Positions 30,453-39,988 of a DNA stretch of 47,761 bases are shown here, in pieces; positions within the stretch are counted from its first letter, which is position 1, and every line of letters starts with the position of its first letter. Source of the stretch: Elusimicrobiota bacterium (GTDB lineage Bacteria > Elusimicrobiota > Elusimicrobia > UBA1565 > UBA9628). A program made the position numbers and the translations under genes. The stretch is taken from positions 1-47,761 of the forward strand of contig JABEUV010000048.1 in NCBI GenBank assembly GCA_013044195.1, given 5' to 3'. Below the pieces are notes generated by a model. The model had not been told where the DNA came from. It made no database searches and worked only from the letters and a program-made list of their open reading frames with translations.

Positions 30453-30524
30453 AGCCCGCGGCCGGGATTGAACCGGCGACCTACTGCTTACAAGGCAGTT
30501 GCTCTACCGCTGAGCTACGCGGGC
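30453..30524 (-). tRNA. tRNA-Thr(TGT), CCA not encoded
   Basis: GCCCGCGTAGCTCAGCGGTAGAGCAACTGCCTTGTAAGCAGTAGGTCGCCGGTTCAATCCCGGCCGCGGGCT folds into a complete cloverleaf with anticodon loop CT-TGT-AA. Confidence 0.97.
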
Positions 30525-30631
30525 GTCTGCGACGGAGGATAACAGATTTCCTCTCCGCACCGCTCCATTTTACTCGATCTTCGGGCCAGGGCGGTCTTGA
30601 AAGACGTATATTTCCATAGTATACTTCGTGA

Positions 30632-30952
30632 GTGACCGAGGAGGATTTTTCGCGCTATCTCGGCTTCGAATGGGACGAGCGCAACACCGGGAAGCTCTGG
30701 AGCAAGCACCCGGTCAGCCCGTTCGAGTGCGAGCAGATTTTTTTCAATCAACCGCTCGTCGTCGCACCCGACGAATCCCATTCGGCCGCCGAACCCCGTT
30801 TTTACGTCCTGGGCCGCACCGACGCCGATCGCCCGCTGTTCGTTGTCTTCACGCCCCGCCGCAATCTTGTCCGCATCATCTCCGCGCGCGACATGAGCCG
30901 CGCCGAGAGTGAGGTCTACCGAAGTCATGAAGAAAAAAATCCCGAAGTTTAA
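30632..30952 (+). CDS. brnT: BrnT family toxin
   Basis: GFEWDERN..K...KH.V...ECEQIF, E.R...LG.T, LFVVFT.R...RIISAR; TTGAAA-17-TATACT promoter. Confidence 0.92.
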   Translation: MTEEDFSRYLGFEWDERNTGKLWSKHPVSPFECEQIFFNQPLVVAPDESHSAAEPRFYVLGRTDADRPLFVVFTPRRNLVRIISARDMSRAESEVYRSHEEKNPEV

Positions 30953-31193
30953 AAACGAGAAGGCCGAGCGCTCCTTCTGGGCCGTCCACGACTCCGCGGA
31001 CCACATCGACTGGTCCAAGGCGAAAAAGGCCGTTTTTCCGAATCTCCGGCCCACGCTGAAGTCCATCTCCCTGCGCCTGCCCAAGTCCATGATCGACGAG
31101 CTGCGCGTCCTGGCCAACAAGCGCGACGTGCCCTACCAGTCCCTGCTGAAGATGTTCCTCGCCGAGCGCATCGCCAAGGAACTGCGCGCCTGA
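30927..31193 (+). CDS. brnA: BrnA/CopG-type antitoxin
   Basis: [29 protein letters not shown]; overlaps brnT. Confidence 0.9.
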   Translation: MKKKIPKFKNEKAERSFWAVHDSADHIDWSKAKKAVFPNLRPTLKSISLRLPKSMIDELRVLANKRDVPYQSLLKMFLAERIAKELRA

Positions 31194-31199
31194 GCGGCG

Positions 31200-31682
31200 C
31201 TATCGGCGCGGTTCCACGCGGCCGGACAGCATCCGGTCGCCGTCGTAGTGGAACCGCCCCGTGAAAGGCCGCCCCTCAAGCATCCACGGCAGCCAATGCC
31301 GGTCGTCGGCCCACATGTCGTCATACGGAATCAGCGCCACGTCCACCCAGAACGGGTCCGCCTCCTCCGTCCGCGTCAAAGTCCCTTCCGCGTCCTGCGC
31401 CGTGAACACCGTCACGTGCAGCGCATACCCGTCCACGAACTGAAACCGCACCTCGCCGCTCTCCGTCAAACCCGCGGGCGTCAGCCCCACTTCCTCTCGC
31501 GTCTCCCGCACCGCCGCCTGCCGCGCGCTCTCCCCCTTCTCAATGCGTCCGCCCGGCCCGTTGACCTTTCCCTTCCCCAACCCGCGCTTCTTATGAATGA
31601 GCAGGATGCGCCCCTCCTTCACCACGAAGCACAGCGCCGCCCTCTCCGTCGGCGTCCACGCGTCCCAGTCGGGCTCGTTCAT
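31200..31682 (-). CDS. Nudix hydrolase, MTH1-like 8-oxo-dGTPase
   Basis: KKRGLG.GK.NGPGG, Nudix box GE....[16 protein letters not shown]. Confidence 0.9.
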   Translation of the reverse strand: MNEPDWDAWTPTERAALCFVVKEGRILLIHKKRGLGKGKVNGPGGRIEKGESARQAAVRETREEVGLTPAGLTESGEVRFQFVDGYALHVTVFTAQDAEGTLTRTEEADPFWVDVALIPYDDMWADDRHWLPWMLEGRPFTGRFHYDGDRMLSGRVEPRR

Positions 31683-31806
31683 CGGCGTCGATGATACCAA
31701 GCTGGAAGCCCACTGAGAGCCGTTGAGTCGGGAGTTGATTCGGACCCTTGCGCCGATTCGCCGCCGATGATATATTGAATGCAAGCTCCCACACGCGAGA
31801 GGAAAT

Positions 31807-31953
31807 ATGACTATTCGTCAGGCGTTCATCACCGCCTTTGGGGAAAAGGGCTTCAAAAAACTTCCCAAGATCTGGAAAGATCATATTCGCCGCGTCGACT
31901 CCCTTCCCAAACCCCTCATCAAAAAGGACCATAGCCGCGTCGCCGTTGGTTAG
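31807..31953 (+). CDS. 48-aa basic protein, putative antitoxin of the PIN gene (not in the ORF track)
   Basis: MTIRQAFITAFGEKGFKKLPKIWKDHIRRVDSLPKPLIKKDHSRVAVG*; GAGG SD; TTGCGC-17-TATATT promoter; homologous to 12799..12951. Confidence 0.75.
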   Translation: MTIRQAFITAFGEKGFKKLPKIWKDHIRRVDSLPKPLIKKDHSRVAVG

Positions 31954-31958
31954 GCTGA

Positions 31959-32486
31959 TTGCGCTATTACCTGTTTGATGCGAACGTCCTAGTCTCGTAT
32001 TACTGCGCCGAAGATAATCCTGTTGTGCGGCGTCGCGTTCTTTCCCTTTTTCCTGCCCGGGCAAAAGGCGATGTCTTCTTATACCTTCCCAATTTTTGCG
32101 TCGCCGAGGTTCTTCGGGCGTTTGCAAAAAAATGCTGGTCCGAAAGAATCTACGCGAATCCCAAAGACTCGTTCGACGAATTTCGCACCGCCTTTCTACA
32201 AGACATCGTCGATTCAAAGAACATCTATTCGTATGAGTTGTCTCGGCGCCACGTAAAACTGACGGACAAGATTTACGAAACCGCTTCGTCGATTTCCTTA
32301 CGCAAAGGCAGCCCTCCCAGCGCTTTTGATGTCCTCTTGATCGCCATGGGCTGCGATCTCATGAGCATCCACGGCCACGACCGATTCGCCATCGTCACGT
32401 CGGAGCGCCCCATTTACGACGTTTGTCGCACCAATCCGGCGGAGTTTCCCGTCGTCTTCAATATTGCGGAACACGATTTGCGATAA
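31959..32486 (+). CDS. PIN-domain protein (VapC-like, 175 aa)
   Basis: YLFDANVL, PNFCVAE, SAFDVLLIAMG, VTSE; TTG start; paralog of 12256..12795. Confidence 0.82.
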   Translation: MRYYLFDANVLVSYYCAEDNPVVRRRVLSLFPARAKGDVFLYLPNFCVAEVLRAFAKKCWSERIYANPKDSFDEFRTAFLQDIVDSKNIYSYELSRRHVKLTDKIYETASSISLRKGSPPSAFDVLLIAMGCDLMSIHGHDRFAIVTSERPIYDVCRTNPAEFPVVFNIAEHDLR

Positions 32487-32489
32487 ATG

Positions 32490-32525
32490 AAGAGCCCCCG
32501 CATCTCCGCGAGGGCTCTTTCGTTT
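32490..32525. terminator. Probable bidirectional terminator between the convergent PIN and top6A genes
   Basis: Imperfect hairpin AAGAGCCC...GGGCTCTT followed by TCGTTT. Confidence 0.6.
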
Positions 32526-32545
32526 AGAACGCCGCCAAACCGAAT

Positions 32546-33640
32546 CTAGTCCAGCCAGTCCTTCTCTTTGAGCTTCTTGGGCAGATACTGCTTGGTCAGG
32601 TACTGGAAGTCCTTGTTGGCCAGCGCGTCCAGCTCGTATTTCAGGCCGGAGGTGAGCATGCGCTTGATCTCGACCTGCCATTCCTTTTTTTGGAACCAGG
32701 GGTAGGCCATCAGCTCTTTGGCGCGGGAGATGTCTTTGTCGTTGAGCTTGATGCCCACGTTGCGGGGCAGGTCGTATTGGTCGGGGTCGGCGGAGGACAG
32801 GCCCACGAATTTGGCGTGGGGGATGGCCATGCGCTGGCTTTCAAACGCGAGGTTGATCGAGCCTTGCTTGACCACCGAGTAGATGTAGTAGCCCCACGGG
32901 TCGTTGTCGACCAGGACGTAGACGGGGAGCTTTTTTTCTTCGTGGAGGCGGCGCGCCAGGCGGCGGACGCCGCGCGGGGGCTGGCCGTTGCCGGTGAGCA
33001 GGATGCAGTTGTACTTGCGCCAGAACTTGTCCTCGGCCAGGCGGTTCCACTGCGTGCCTTTCTCGATGAGCAGGATGAAGTCCGCGGTGCACTTCTTGAT
33101 TTGGAGGTATTCCTCCTCCACGATGGACGGCACGGAGTAGCCGCCCTTGCCGAGCTTCGAGCAGTCCACGCGGTCGCCGTCGTCTTCGAAGACCACGGGG
33201 CCGATGATGGTGCCGGCGTTCTCGGCGCGCACGTGGAATTCCTCGCGAAGAGCCGCCAGACCCACTTCCAGGTCTTCAATCACCGGATCCGACTCGGCCT
33301 GGTCGTCGAAGGTGTTCTCATGGGAGTCGCCCATGGTGTGCTTCGTGCGGTAGTAAATTTCGCGCAGGCTGGTGGTCAGGTCCGCTTTCTGCAGTTCATT
33401 GAGCGCGTCGGCCACCAGCATGGTCTGCATGAACTTCTTGGCCATGGCCACGTTGAAGAAGGTGCGTAGCTGCTTGTTGGCGCCCATCTCGATGAAGCCC
33501 TTCTTCTCGTTGAACTTCACGTTGGACAGGGAGCGCACCGGGATGGAGATGGACGGGTCCTTCTTTTTCTGCGCCGCCGCGATCACCATATCGGCCAGGC
33601 CCACCAGCTTCTTCTCGACGGCAGGGTTGGTTTTCGTCAT
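32546..33640 (-). CDS. top6A: DNA topoisomerase VI subunit A (Spo11 homologue)
   Basis: TTSLREIYY..KH (catalytic Tyr), NTF..Q.ESD, IEK toprim motif, G.G.P, VDNDPWGY.IY, GSI.LA. Confidence 0.93.
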   Translation of the reverse strand: MTKTNPAVEKKLVGLADMVIAAAQKKKDPSISIPVRSLSNVKFNEKKGFIEMGANKQLRTFFNVAMAKKFMQTMLVADALNELQKADLTTSLREIYYRTKHTMGDSHENTFDDQAESDPVIEDLEVGLAALREEFHVRAENAGTIIGPVVFEDDGDRVDCSKLGKGGYSVPSIVEEEYLQIKKCTADFILLIEKGTQWNRLAEDKFWRKYNCILLTGNGQPPRGVRRLARRLHEEKKLPVYVLVDNDPWGYYIYSVVKQGSINLAFESQRMAIPHAKFVGLSSADPDQYDLPRNVGIKLNDKDISRAKELMAYPWFQKKEWQVEIKRMLTSGLKYELDALANKDFQYLTKQYLPKKLKEKDWLD

Positions 33641-33750
33641 GCGGCGGGATTCTAGCACACCCGGCGAAGGCCCGCCCAGACGCCTTGACAGCGGCGGCGG
33701 CGCCTCACATACTGCGGTGCCGCCGGCGTGCGGGCGGCAGGAGGCCGCAC

Positions 33751-34086
33751 ATGAGTCTTCCCGTCACCACCACCTTCGCCATCGAAGGCTACCGCGTGCG
33801 CGAGTACAAAGGCGTGGTGCGCGGCATCGTCGTGCGCGCGCCCACCATCACGCAGGGCATCTTGGGCGGCCTGAAGTCCATCATCGGCGGCCAGATCGGC
33901 GCCTACACGGAGATGTGCGAGCAGGCGCGCCAGCAGGCGCTCGACGAGATGCTGGAGCACGCCCGCCAGCTGGGCGCCAACGCCGTCATCGGCATGAGCT
34001 ACGACGCCACCGAGATCGGCGGCCGCGCCGCGGCCACCGAGGTCCTGTGCTACGGGACCGCCGTGGTCGTGGAACCCGCGCGCTGA
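33751..34086 (+). CDS. YbjQ/UPF0145 family protein
   Basis: GLK.IIGG.I..YT.M...AR..A...M...A..LGANAV; YGTAV. Confidence 0.93.
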   Translation: MSLPVTTTFAIEGYRVREYKGVVRGIVVRAPTITQGILGGLKSIIGGQIGAYTEMCEQARQQALDEMLEHARQLGANAVIGMSYDATEIGGRAAATEVLCYGTAVVVEPAR

Positions 34087-34096
34087 CGGAAGCTGC

Positions 34097-35230
34097 GTGC
34101 CCGATTCCTATTTCGTGACCGTGCTCGGCCACCCCGCCGGGCGGGGCGGTCCGACCTTGGCCATGGCCCTGCCGCAGAGCAACGCGCTGATCCTGCGCGC
34201 CGTGGGCGCGCCGGACCTGCGCCTGCCCTACGCGGAGATGACCATTGAGCTTGACCCCGCGGACCCGGAGCGCGTCCTGCTGGGCGCGCCGGGACTGGGA
34301 GAGACGCGCGTGGCCGTGGACGACCGCCGCATCGCCGAACAATTGGCGGCGCTGGCCCCGCCCGAAGTGGGCGCGCGCTGGCGCACGCTCCAGGACCGCG
34401 GCCGCGCGCGCCGCCGCTTCGGCGCGAGGGCGCGCGTGCTGGCGCTGGCCGCCGCCATCGTGGCGCTGGCCGCGGGGTTTTGGTTCGGCTACGACGCGCT
34501 GGTGGCCTACGCGGTGTCCAAAATACCCGTGCGCTACGAGTCCCGCCTCAGCGCCCTGTCCGGCTCCGCCGAAGGCCCCCAGGTCAAAGACCCGGTGGTC
34601 AACGCCGCCGTTCAGCACGTGGTGGCGCGCCTGCTTCAAACCATCCCCAACAGCCCGTATCAATTTCAAGTGACGGTCGTCGCCGACCCGCGCGTCAACG
34701 CCTTCGCCCTGCCCGGCGGACGCATCGTGGTGCTCTCCGGCTTGATCGCGGCTTCGGAAAGCCCGGACGAACTGGCCGGCGTGCTGGCCCACGAAATCCA
34801 GCACGTCCTGCGCCGCCACGGCCTGAACGGACTCATACGGAAGCTGGGCGTGCAGGGACTCTTCGTGATCGCGCTCTCCGGCCGCGGCGCGGCCGCGGAA
34901 GCGCTGAAGAGCGTCGCGCCCGATCTGCTCAACCTGCGCTTCAGCCGCGCCCAGGAAGCCGAGGCGGACCGCGGCGGCCTGGAACTTCTCCTGACTTCGA
35001 ACGTCCCCGCCGCGGGCATGATCGACTTCTTTCGCCGCCAGTCGCAGGACGAAAGCGGCACCACGCGCGCCTTGAACTTCGCCTCCGACCATCCCACCAG
35101 CCGCCACCGCCTGGAAGTGCTGGAAAGCCTGGCACACGCCCATCCCGCCCCCGCGCCGGTGGACTGGGGCCTGGACTGGAACGATGTGCGCGCGCGCTGC
35201 CGCGCCGCGTCCGCTCCGAAGATTCCCTAG
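34097..35230 (+). CDS. M48 family metallopeptidase
   Basis: NAFALPGG, ELAGVLAHEIQH, FSR.QE.EAD, HP....R. Confidence 0.92.
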   Translation: MPDSYFVTVLGHPAGRGGPTLAMALPQSNALILRAVGAPDLRLPYAEMTIELDPADPERVLLGAPGLGETRVAVDDRRIAEQLAALAPPEVGARWRTLQDRGRARRRFGARARVLALAAAIVALAAGFWFGYDALVAYAVSKIPVRYESRLSALSGSAEGPQVKDPVVNAAVQHVVARLLQTIPNSPYQFQVTVVADPRVNAFALPGGRIVVLSGLIAASESPDELAGVLAHEIQHVLRRHGLNGLIRKLGVQGLFVIALSGRGAAAEALKSVAPDLLNLRFSRAQEAEADRGGLELLLTSNVPAAGMIDFFRRQSQDESGTTRALNFASDHPTSRHRLEVLESLAHAHPAPAPVDWGLDWNDVRARCRAASAPKIP

Positions 35231-36417
35231 CCGCCGCTCCAAAGATCCTTGCGCCCGGCGCGCTCCAGGTGCCGGCGCAGGATCTCGCGCGCCCACGGCT
35301 CATCGTCCACGGCCCGCGCGTGTTTGAGCAGAGCACGCGCCGCGGCGTCGTCGCGAGCTCCGGCCAGCGCCTCGATGCCTTCGGCCGCCCGCTCGATGCA
35401 AAATTCTCGGCCGATTCGCCTCATTTCGGCGTCCTTCTCCGCCTTCGGCCCCCACCCGGTTTTCGCGCAGGCGGCCAGTTCTTCATCGACCCGCGGCGCC
35501 GGAGAAGCCTCGGCCGCGTCGGTGTAGCGTCGCGCTTTTAGAAACTCGTCGAAGAGCTGCCGGCCCAGCACGGCCCGGCGCGGATCGCCGGCCTTGAAAG
35601 AATCATAGAGCCGCGGCCCCTTCGCCGTCTCCTCCAGAGCCCAATTTAAGATCGTGAAGTCACGCGCGTCGTCGTCCGTAAAGGCCGGCCCACGCAAACG
35701 CCGCTCGGCCGCGTCGAGCCGCTCCTGGAGCGCGGCGAGCGCGGGAGGATAGGTTCGGCCCAACGCCCGGATATCGACCGGCAAATAGCTGGCGCGCACA
35801 CCTTGATAGGCGGGCGTTTTCTTCATGCCGACGTCGAACAGCCACAGGTATTGCGCCAAAGCCTGCGCGGACAGTCCCTGCGCGGCCAAGACATCGGCCA
35901 GATTCAGGCGTGATTTCAACGTTCCGTTGGAATCCCCGGAGGCTTCCGCCGCCGCGACCTCCGCCCGCGCCCGCTTGAGCGCCGTGCCGCCCGACAGCGT
36001 GTCCTTGAACGCCGCCAGAAATTGCGCCGAGGATTGGAAATTCAGGAGCCGGTCGATCTCCTTGCCGTCGGGACGGACGAAAATCATGGTCGGATACAGG
36101 TTGACGTGGTAGCGCGCGACCAACTTCGTCTCCTTGTCGCCGTCGACCTTCACCGCGACCGCGCGGTCGACCAGGAACGCGGCCACGGCTGGATCGCGCC
36201 ACGTGGTCAGGTCCATGCGCTTGCAGGGCCCGCAGTACGCCGTGGTGAAGTCGAGCAGCACGATCTTTTTTTCCGCCGCGGCGTCCTTCATGGCGGCGGC
36301 CGCGGTCTCGTCGCGAAAAAAGCCCGCGGCCTCGGCCGCACGGGCGCGCGGAGCGGCCAGCGCGGCGGCCAACACGAGGATCATCACGACGGCAAGGCGG
36401 GGACGCTCCGGCTTCAA
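35227..36417 (-). CDS. Secreted thioredoxin-domain protein with a helical C-terminus
   Basis: Signal peptide, YCGPCK CxxC, YPT cis-Pro loop. Confidence 0.85.
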   Translation of the reverse strand: MKPERPRLAVVMILVLAAALAAPRARAAEAAGFFRDETAAAAMKDAAAEKKIVLLDFTTAYCGPCKRMDLTTWRDPAVAAFLVDRAVAVKVDGDKETKLVARYHVNLYPTMIFVRPDGKEIDRLLNFQSSAQFLAAFKDTLSGGTALKRARAEVAAAEASGDSNGTLKSRLNLADVLAAQGLSAQALAQYLWLFDVGMKKTPAYQGVRASYLPVDIRALGRTYPPALAALQERLDAAERRLRGPAFTDDDARDFTILNWALEETAKGPRLYDSFKAGDPRRAVLGRQLFDEFLKARRYTDAAEASPAPRVDEELAACAKTGWGPKAEKDAEMRRIGREFCIERAAEGIEALAGARDDAAARALLKHARAVDDEPWAREILRRHLERAGRKDLWSGG

Positions 36418-38501
36418 GGCATGAGCCGCTGGAGAAGGAACGTATACTCGATGGTGTAGCGCTTCACGCGCTGCTCCAGATTCGCCGCCGCGCTGTGGCC
36501 GCCCTCGGTGTTCTCGTAGTACAAGACAGGCTGGCCCGCTTCCTCCAAGCGCGCGGCGAACTTGCGCGCGTGGCCCGGATCCACCCGGTCATCCTTGGTG
36601 GAGCTGTAGATCAGCGCCGGCGGGTAGCGCACATCGGAACGCACGTTCTGGTAGGGCGAGTAGCGCCGCAAATAGGCGGCCTGGGCGGGCACGTCGGGGT
36701 CGCCGTATTCGCCCACCCAGGAATTTCCGGCCAGCAGATGGTTATAGCGCAGCATGTCGGTCAGCGGGACCTCGCACAGCACCGCGCCGAACAACTCCGG
36801 GCGCTGGGTGAGCACCGTGGCCACCAGCAGGCCGCCGTTGCTGCCGCCCTGGATGGCCAAATGGCGGGGCGAGGTCTCCTTGGTCTTGGACAAGTCCTCG
36901 GCCACCGCCTCGAAATCGTCGAACGCGCGCTGGCGATGCTCCTTGAGCGCGGCCTCGTGCCAGCGCGGGCCGAATTCCCCGCCGCCGCGGATATTGGCCA
37001 GCGCGAACGCGCCGCCGCGCGACAGCCACAGGCGGCCCACCGTGGCCAGGTAATACGGGTCCAGCGAAATCTCGAAGCCACCGTAGCCGTAGAGCAAGGT
37101 CGGCGTGGTCCCGTTCAACGGCGCGGAGGAGCGGCGCACCAGAAAATAAGGCACGCGCGTGCCGTCGCGGCTGACCGCCCAGCGCTGTTCGGCGCTCAGG
37201 CCCGTTGCATCGAAGCGCGCGGGCAGGGAGCGCCAGGTTTCCGGCGCGGGGTGCGCCGCCGCGCCGTCCCAGGCCACCGCCGCGCTCGGCGTCAGGAAGG
37301 TCTCCACGTCGACCAGCAGCAGGTCGGAGAAATCGTCTGAGGCCGCCACGTTCAGCGCGGCTCCGGCCGCGAAGGGCAGGCGCGACGTGCTCCAGCGCGT
37401 CCCGTCGCGGCGCGCACTCAGCAGGACGCCCTGCACGTCGTCGAGCGTCGACAGGTACAGCGCCGAACGCGCGGTGGTCACGCCTTGCAAGGACGTCTCC
37501 GCCGTGGGCGTCCACACCGTTTCGACGGCCGCGGCGTCTTTGGCGTCCGCCGGCAGAGCGATCAGCGCGCCGGCGGGGATGGTGGTCCCGGCCACGGCCC
37601 ACGGCGCGCGCAGGCTGGCCAGCAGGAGGCCGTCATACCAGCCGCGCAGCTCCGCGCCGAGCGGCAGGGGAATCTCGCGCGTGGCACCGTCCGCGCCCAC
37701 CAAGAACTTGCGCGAGGAAAAGAAATCCAGCGCCTCCTCCACCACGGCCAGACGCCCCTCCGGCCGGCGCAGGACCAGAGGCGAGACCGAGACGTCCTCG
37801 GCGCGCCCCTCATAGACGGTCCGCGCGGAGGACAGCGGCCGGCCGCGCTTCCACAGCTTGACCACGCGCGGATAGCCCGCCCGGGTCAACGTGCCCGGGC
37901 CGTAATCGGTGCCCACCAGCAACGTGTCGGCGTCGAACCACGCCGTGTCGGACTTGGCCTCCGGCAAAACAAAGCCGCCGGGGACGAAGGATTTTTTGTC
38001 CGTGTCGAACTCGCGCACCACCGCCGCGTCGCCGCCGCCGCGCGACAAAGTGATCAGGCAGCGCGTCTGCTCGGGCTGGAGGCAGTTCGCGCCCTTCCAG
38101 ACCCAGTTCTCTTTTTCCGATGCCGCCAGCGCGTCCAGGTCCAGCACGGTCTCCCAGCGCGGTTTCGGCTTGCGGTACTCCGCGATGGTGGTGCGCCGCC
38201 AAATTCCGCGCACGTGCGCGGAGTCCTGCCAGAAATTGTACAGCCGCCCGCCGCTCAGTTCCGGCCACGGGATGCGGTCCTCGGCCATGGTCACCGCGCG
38301 CGCGTCGGCCTCCACGGCTTTCCAGCGCGGATCGGCGCGCAATTGGGAGAGCGTCTTTTCGTCTTGCCCCTTGACCCATGCCAGAGCACGCGGCGATTCG
38401 ATCTGCTCCAGCCACAGCCGCGGGTCCGGCGCGTCGGCGGCGGCGGCGAAAATGGGAAGCAAGGTCAGCAGAACGGCCAGACGGCGGGACGGAATATTCA
38501 T
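36414..38501 (-). CDS. Prolyl oligopeptidase (S9A)
   Basis: YGYGGF, NIRGGGEFG, GGSNGGLL, DDRV, GGH; signal peptide from ATG 38501. Confidence 0.95.
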   Translation of the reverse strand: MNIPSRRLAVLLTLLPIFAAAADAPDPRLWLEQIESPRALAWVKGQDEKTLSQLRADPRWKAVEADARAVTMAEDRIPWPELSGGRLYNFWQDSAHVRGIWRRTTIAEYRKPKPRWETVLDLDALAASEKENWVWKGANCLQPEQTRCLITLSRGGGDAAVVREFDTDKKSFVPGGFVLPEAKSDTAWFDADTLLVGTDYGPGTLTRAGYPRVVKLWKRGRPLSSARTVYEGRAEDVSVSPLVLRRPEGRLAVVEEALDFFSSRKFLVGADGATREIPLPLGAELRGWYDGLLLASLRAPWAVAGTTIPAGALIALPADAKDAAAVETVWTPTAETSLQGVTTARSALYLSTLDDVQGVLLSARRDGTRWSTSRLPFAAGAALNVAASDDFSDLLLVDVETFLTPSAAVAWDGAAAHPAPETWRSLPARFDATGLSAEQRWAVSRDGTRVPYFLVRRSSAPLNGTTPTLLYGYGGFEISLDPYYLATVGRLWLSRGGAFALANIRGGGEFGPRWHEAALKEHRQRAFDDFEAVAEDLSKTKETSPRHLAIQGGSNGGLLVATVLTQRPELFGAVLCEVPLTDMLRYNHLLAGNSWVGEYGDPDVPAQAAYLRRYSPYQNVRSDVRYPPALIYSSTKDDRVDPGHARKFAARLEEAGQPVLYYENTEGGHSAAANLEQRVKRYTIEYTFLLQRLMP

Positions 38502-39397
38502 CGTTTCTCCGTAGAACGTGCGGCGGCGGCCAGCGTCGCGAAGCCTTGGGCCAGCGCGCGCGGCGCCAGGCCCAGCGCCGCGGCCAGCCGCGACGAGTCC
38601 AGCGACGCGTCGCGCGGGCGCGGCGCGGGCTTGCGCTCGTCGGCCGCGCGCGTGGCTCGCGCCAGCGCCGGGTCGAAGCCGAACGCGCGGCACAGCTCCA
38701 GCGCGGTCTGGTGGCGCGTCAGCCGCTCCGCGCCGCCCCAGTGGAACACGCCCTCCAGGTCCGGGTCGGCCAGTACGCGCGCGATCACCTCCGGCAGTTG
38801 GTCGCCGTCGGTGGAGGCGCGCCATTGGTCCACGTAGGCCGAGATCGGCCGCCCCGCCGACAGCGCCGTCAGCCACTCGTCGACGAAGCACGGCCGCGCG
38901 CCCAACGGGCGGCCGTAGACGCTCGACACGCGCAGGACCACGGAGCCCGGCGCGCCAGAGAGCACGGCCTCTTCGGCTTCCAGCTTGGTGCGGCCGTACA
39001 CCGACAGCGGACGCACCGGGTCGTCCTCGTTATACCAGCCTTTCTCGCCGTCGAAGACCAGATCGGTGGACAGGTGGACCAGGCGCGCGCCCGCCTGCGC
39101 GCTCAGTTCCGCGACCAAGCGCGCGGCCTCCGAGTTCAGGCGCCGGGCCATGTCCGGGTCGACCTCGCACTCGTCGGGCCGCGCCGCGCCGCCGCAATGG
39201 ACCACGGCGGCGGGGCGTATTTCTTGAAAAGCGGCGCGCACGGAGTCGGGGTCCTCCAAATCCAAGCGGACCGCGTCCGGGCCCTGGGCGCGGCGCGAGG
39301 CGCGGACCACGTTCCAGGCCGACGCCAGTCCCGGCGCCAGCCGCGTGCCCAAAAAACCGGTCGCGCCGGTCAGCAGAAGAGAGGGCTTCGCGTTCAT
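38498..39397 (-). CDS. RmlD-like extended SDR (dTDP-4-dehydrorhamnose reductase family)
   Basis: TGATGFLG, STDLVFDG, YGRTK, RPRD.SL. Confidence 0.9.
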   Translation of the reverse strand: MNAKPSLLLTGATGFLGTRLAPGLASAWNVVRASRRAQGPDAVRLDLEDPDSVRAAFQEIRPAAVVHCGGAARPDECEVDPDMARRLNSEAARLVAELSAQAGARLVHLSTDLVFDGEKGWYNEDDPVRPLSVYGRTKLEAEEAVLSGAPGSVVLRVSSVYGRPLGARPCFVDEWLTALSAGRPISAYVDQWRASTDGDQLPEVIARVLADPDLEGVFHWGGAERLTRHQTALELCRAFGFDPALARATRAADERKPAPRPRDASLDSSRLAAALGLAPRALAQGFATLAAAARSTEKR

Positions 39398-39472
39398 CTA
39401 GGTCTTTAGGCCCAAACGGGCCTAGGCGCTCCGCCTCAGGCCGTCTCAGGCGGCAAACACTATACTGTTTTC

Positions 39473-39889
39473 ATGAAGCGTTGGATGTTCGCCGCGGCGG
39501 TCCTGGTCCTCTCCGTGAAGGCGCAAGCCGCCGACTTGCGCAACCGCGCCTTCGAGCAGGCCGCCACGCTGGCCGCCGGCCAGGACTCGCCCGTCGTCTA
39601 CGACGGCGCGCGCACGTTGCCGGCCGTCGAGCAGTTCGGCATGTCCGCCGCCCCGACGCCGTCCCCCGCCGCCGCGCCGAGCGCGGCTTTCACGGCCCCG
39701 GCCCACGAGTCTCCGGCCCGCATCGACGATGTGCCCATGCCGCAGAACTTCGCCGTCGTCCCCCGTCCCGCGCCGCGCGCGGACGCTCGCCCTCTTTCGA
39801 CGCGCCGTCTCAACGCCCCGCTCGGCGCCCTGCTGGGACTGGCCGCGGGTTTTTCGCTGAGCTTCGGGCTGTCGAAAGCCCTGGCCTGA
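39473..39889 (+). CDS. Secreted hypothetical protein with a C-terminal hydrophobic segment
   Basis: Signal peptide ending AQA, Pro/Ala-rich middle, C-terminal TM-like stretch. Confidence 0.65.
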   Translation: MKRWMFAAAVLVLSVKAQAADLRNRAFEQAATLAAGQDSPVVYDGARTLPAVEQFGMSAAPTPSPAAAPSAAFTAPAHESPARIDDVPMPQNFAVVPRPAPRADARPLSTRRLNAPLGALLGLAAGFSLSFGLSKALA

Positions 39890-39905
39890 CGCCACGTTCT
39901 TCCGC

Positions 39906-39939
39906 GGGAAGGCCGGCCCCTCAAAAGGCCGGCCTTCCC
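39906..39939. terminator. Strong hairpin between convergent genes
   Basis: 13-bp stem GGGAAGGCCGGCC-CCTCAAAA-GGCCGGCCTTCCC. Confidence 0.6.
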
Positions 39940-39988
39940 AGTTTAGGGTGGTCTACCGGGTTTGGATTAGAATTTCGTGCGCGCGGCC

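Noticed and set aside
30453-32486. tRNA-Thr as the integration site of a TA island
   Set aside because: The TA genes lie on the tRNA's 5' side, and no duplicated tRNA 3' end or integrase was seen.
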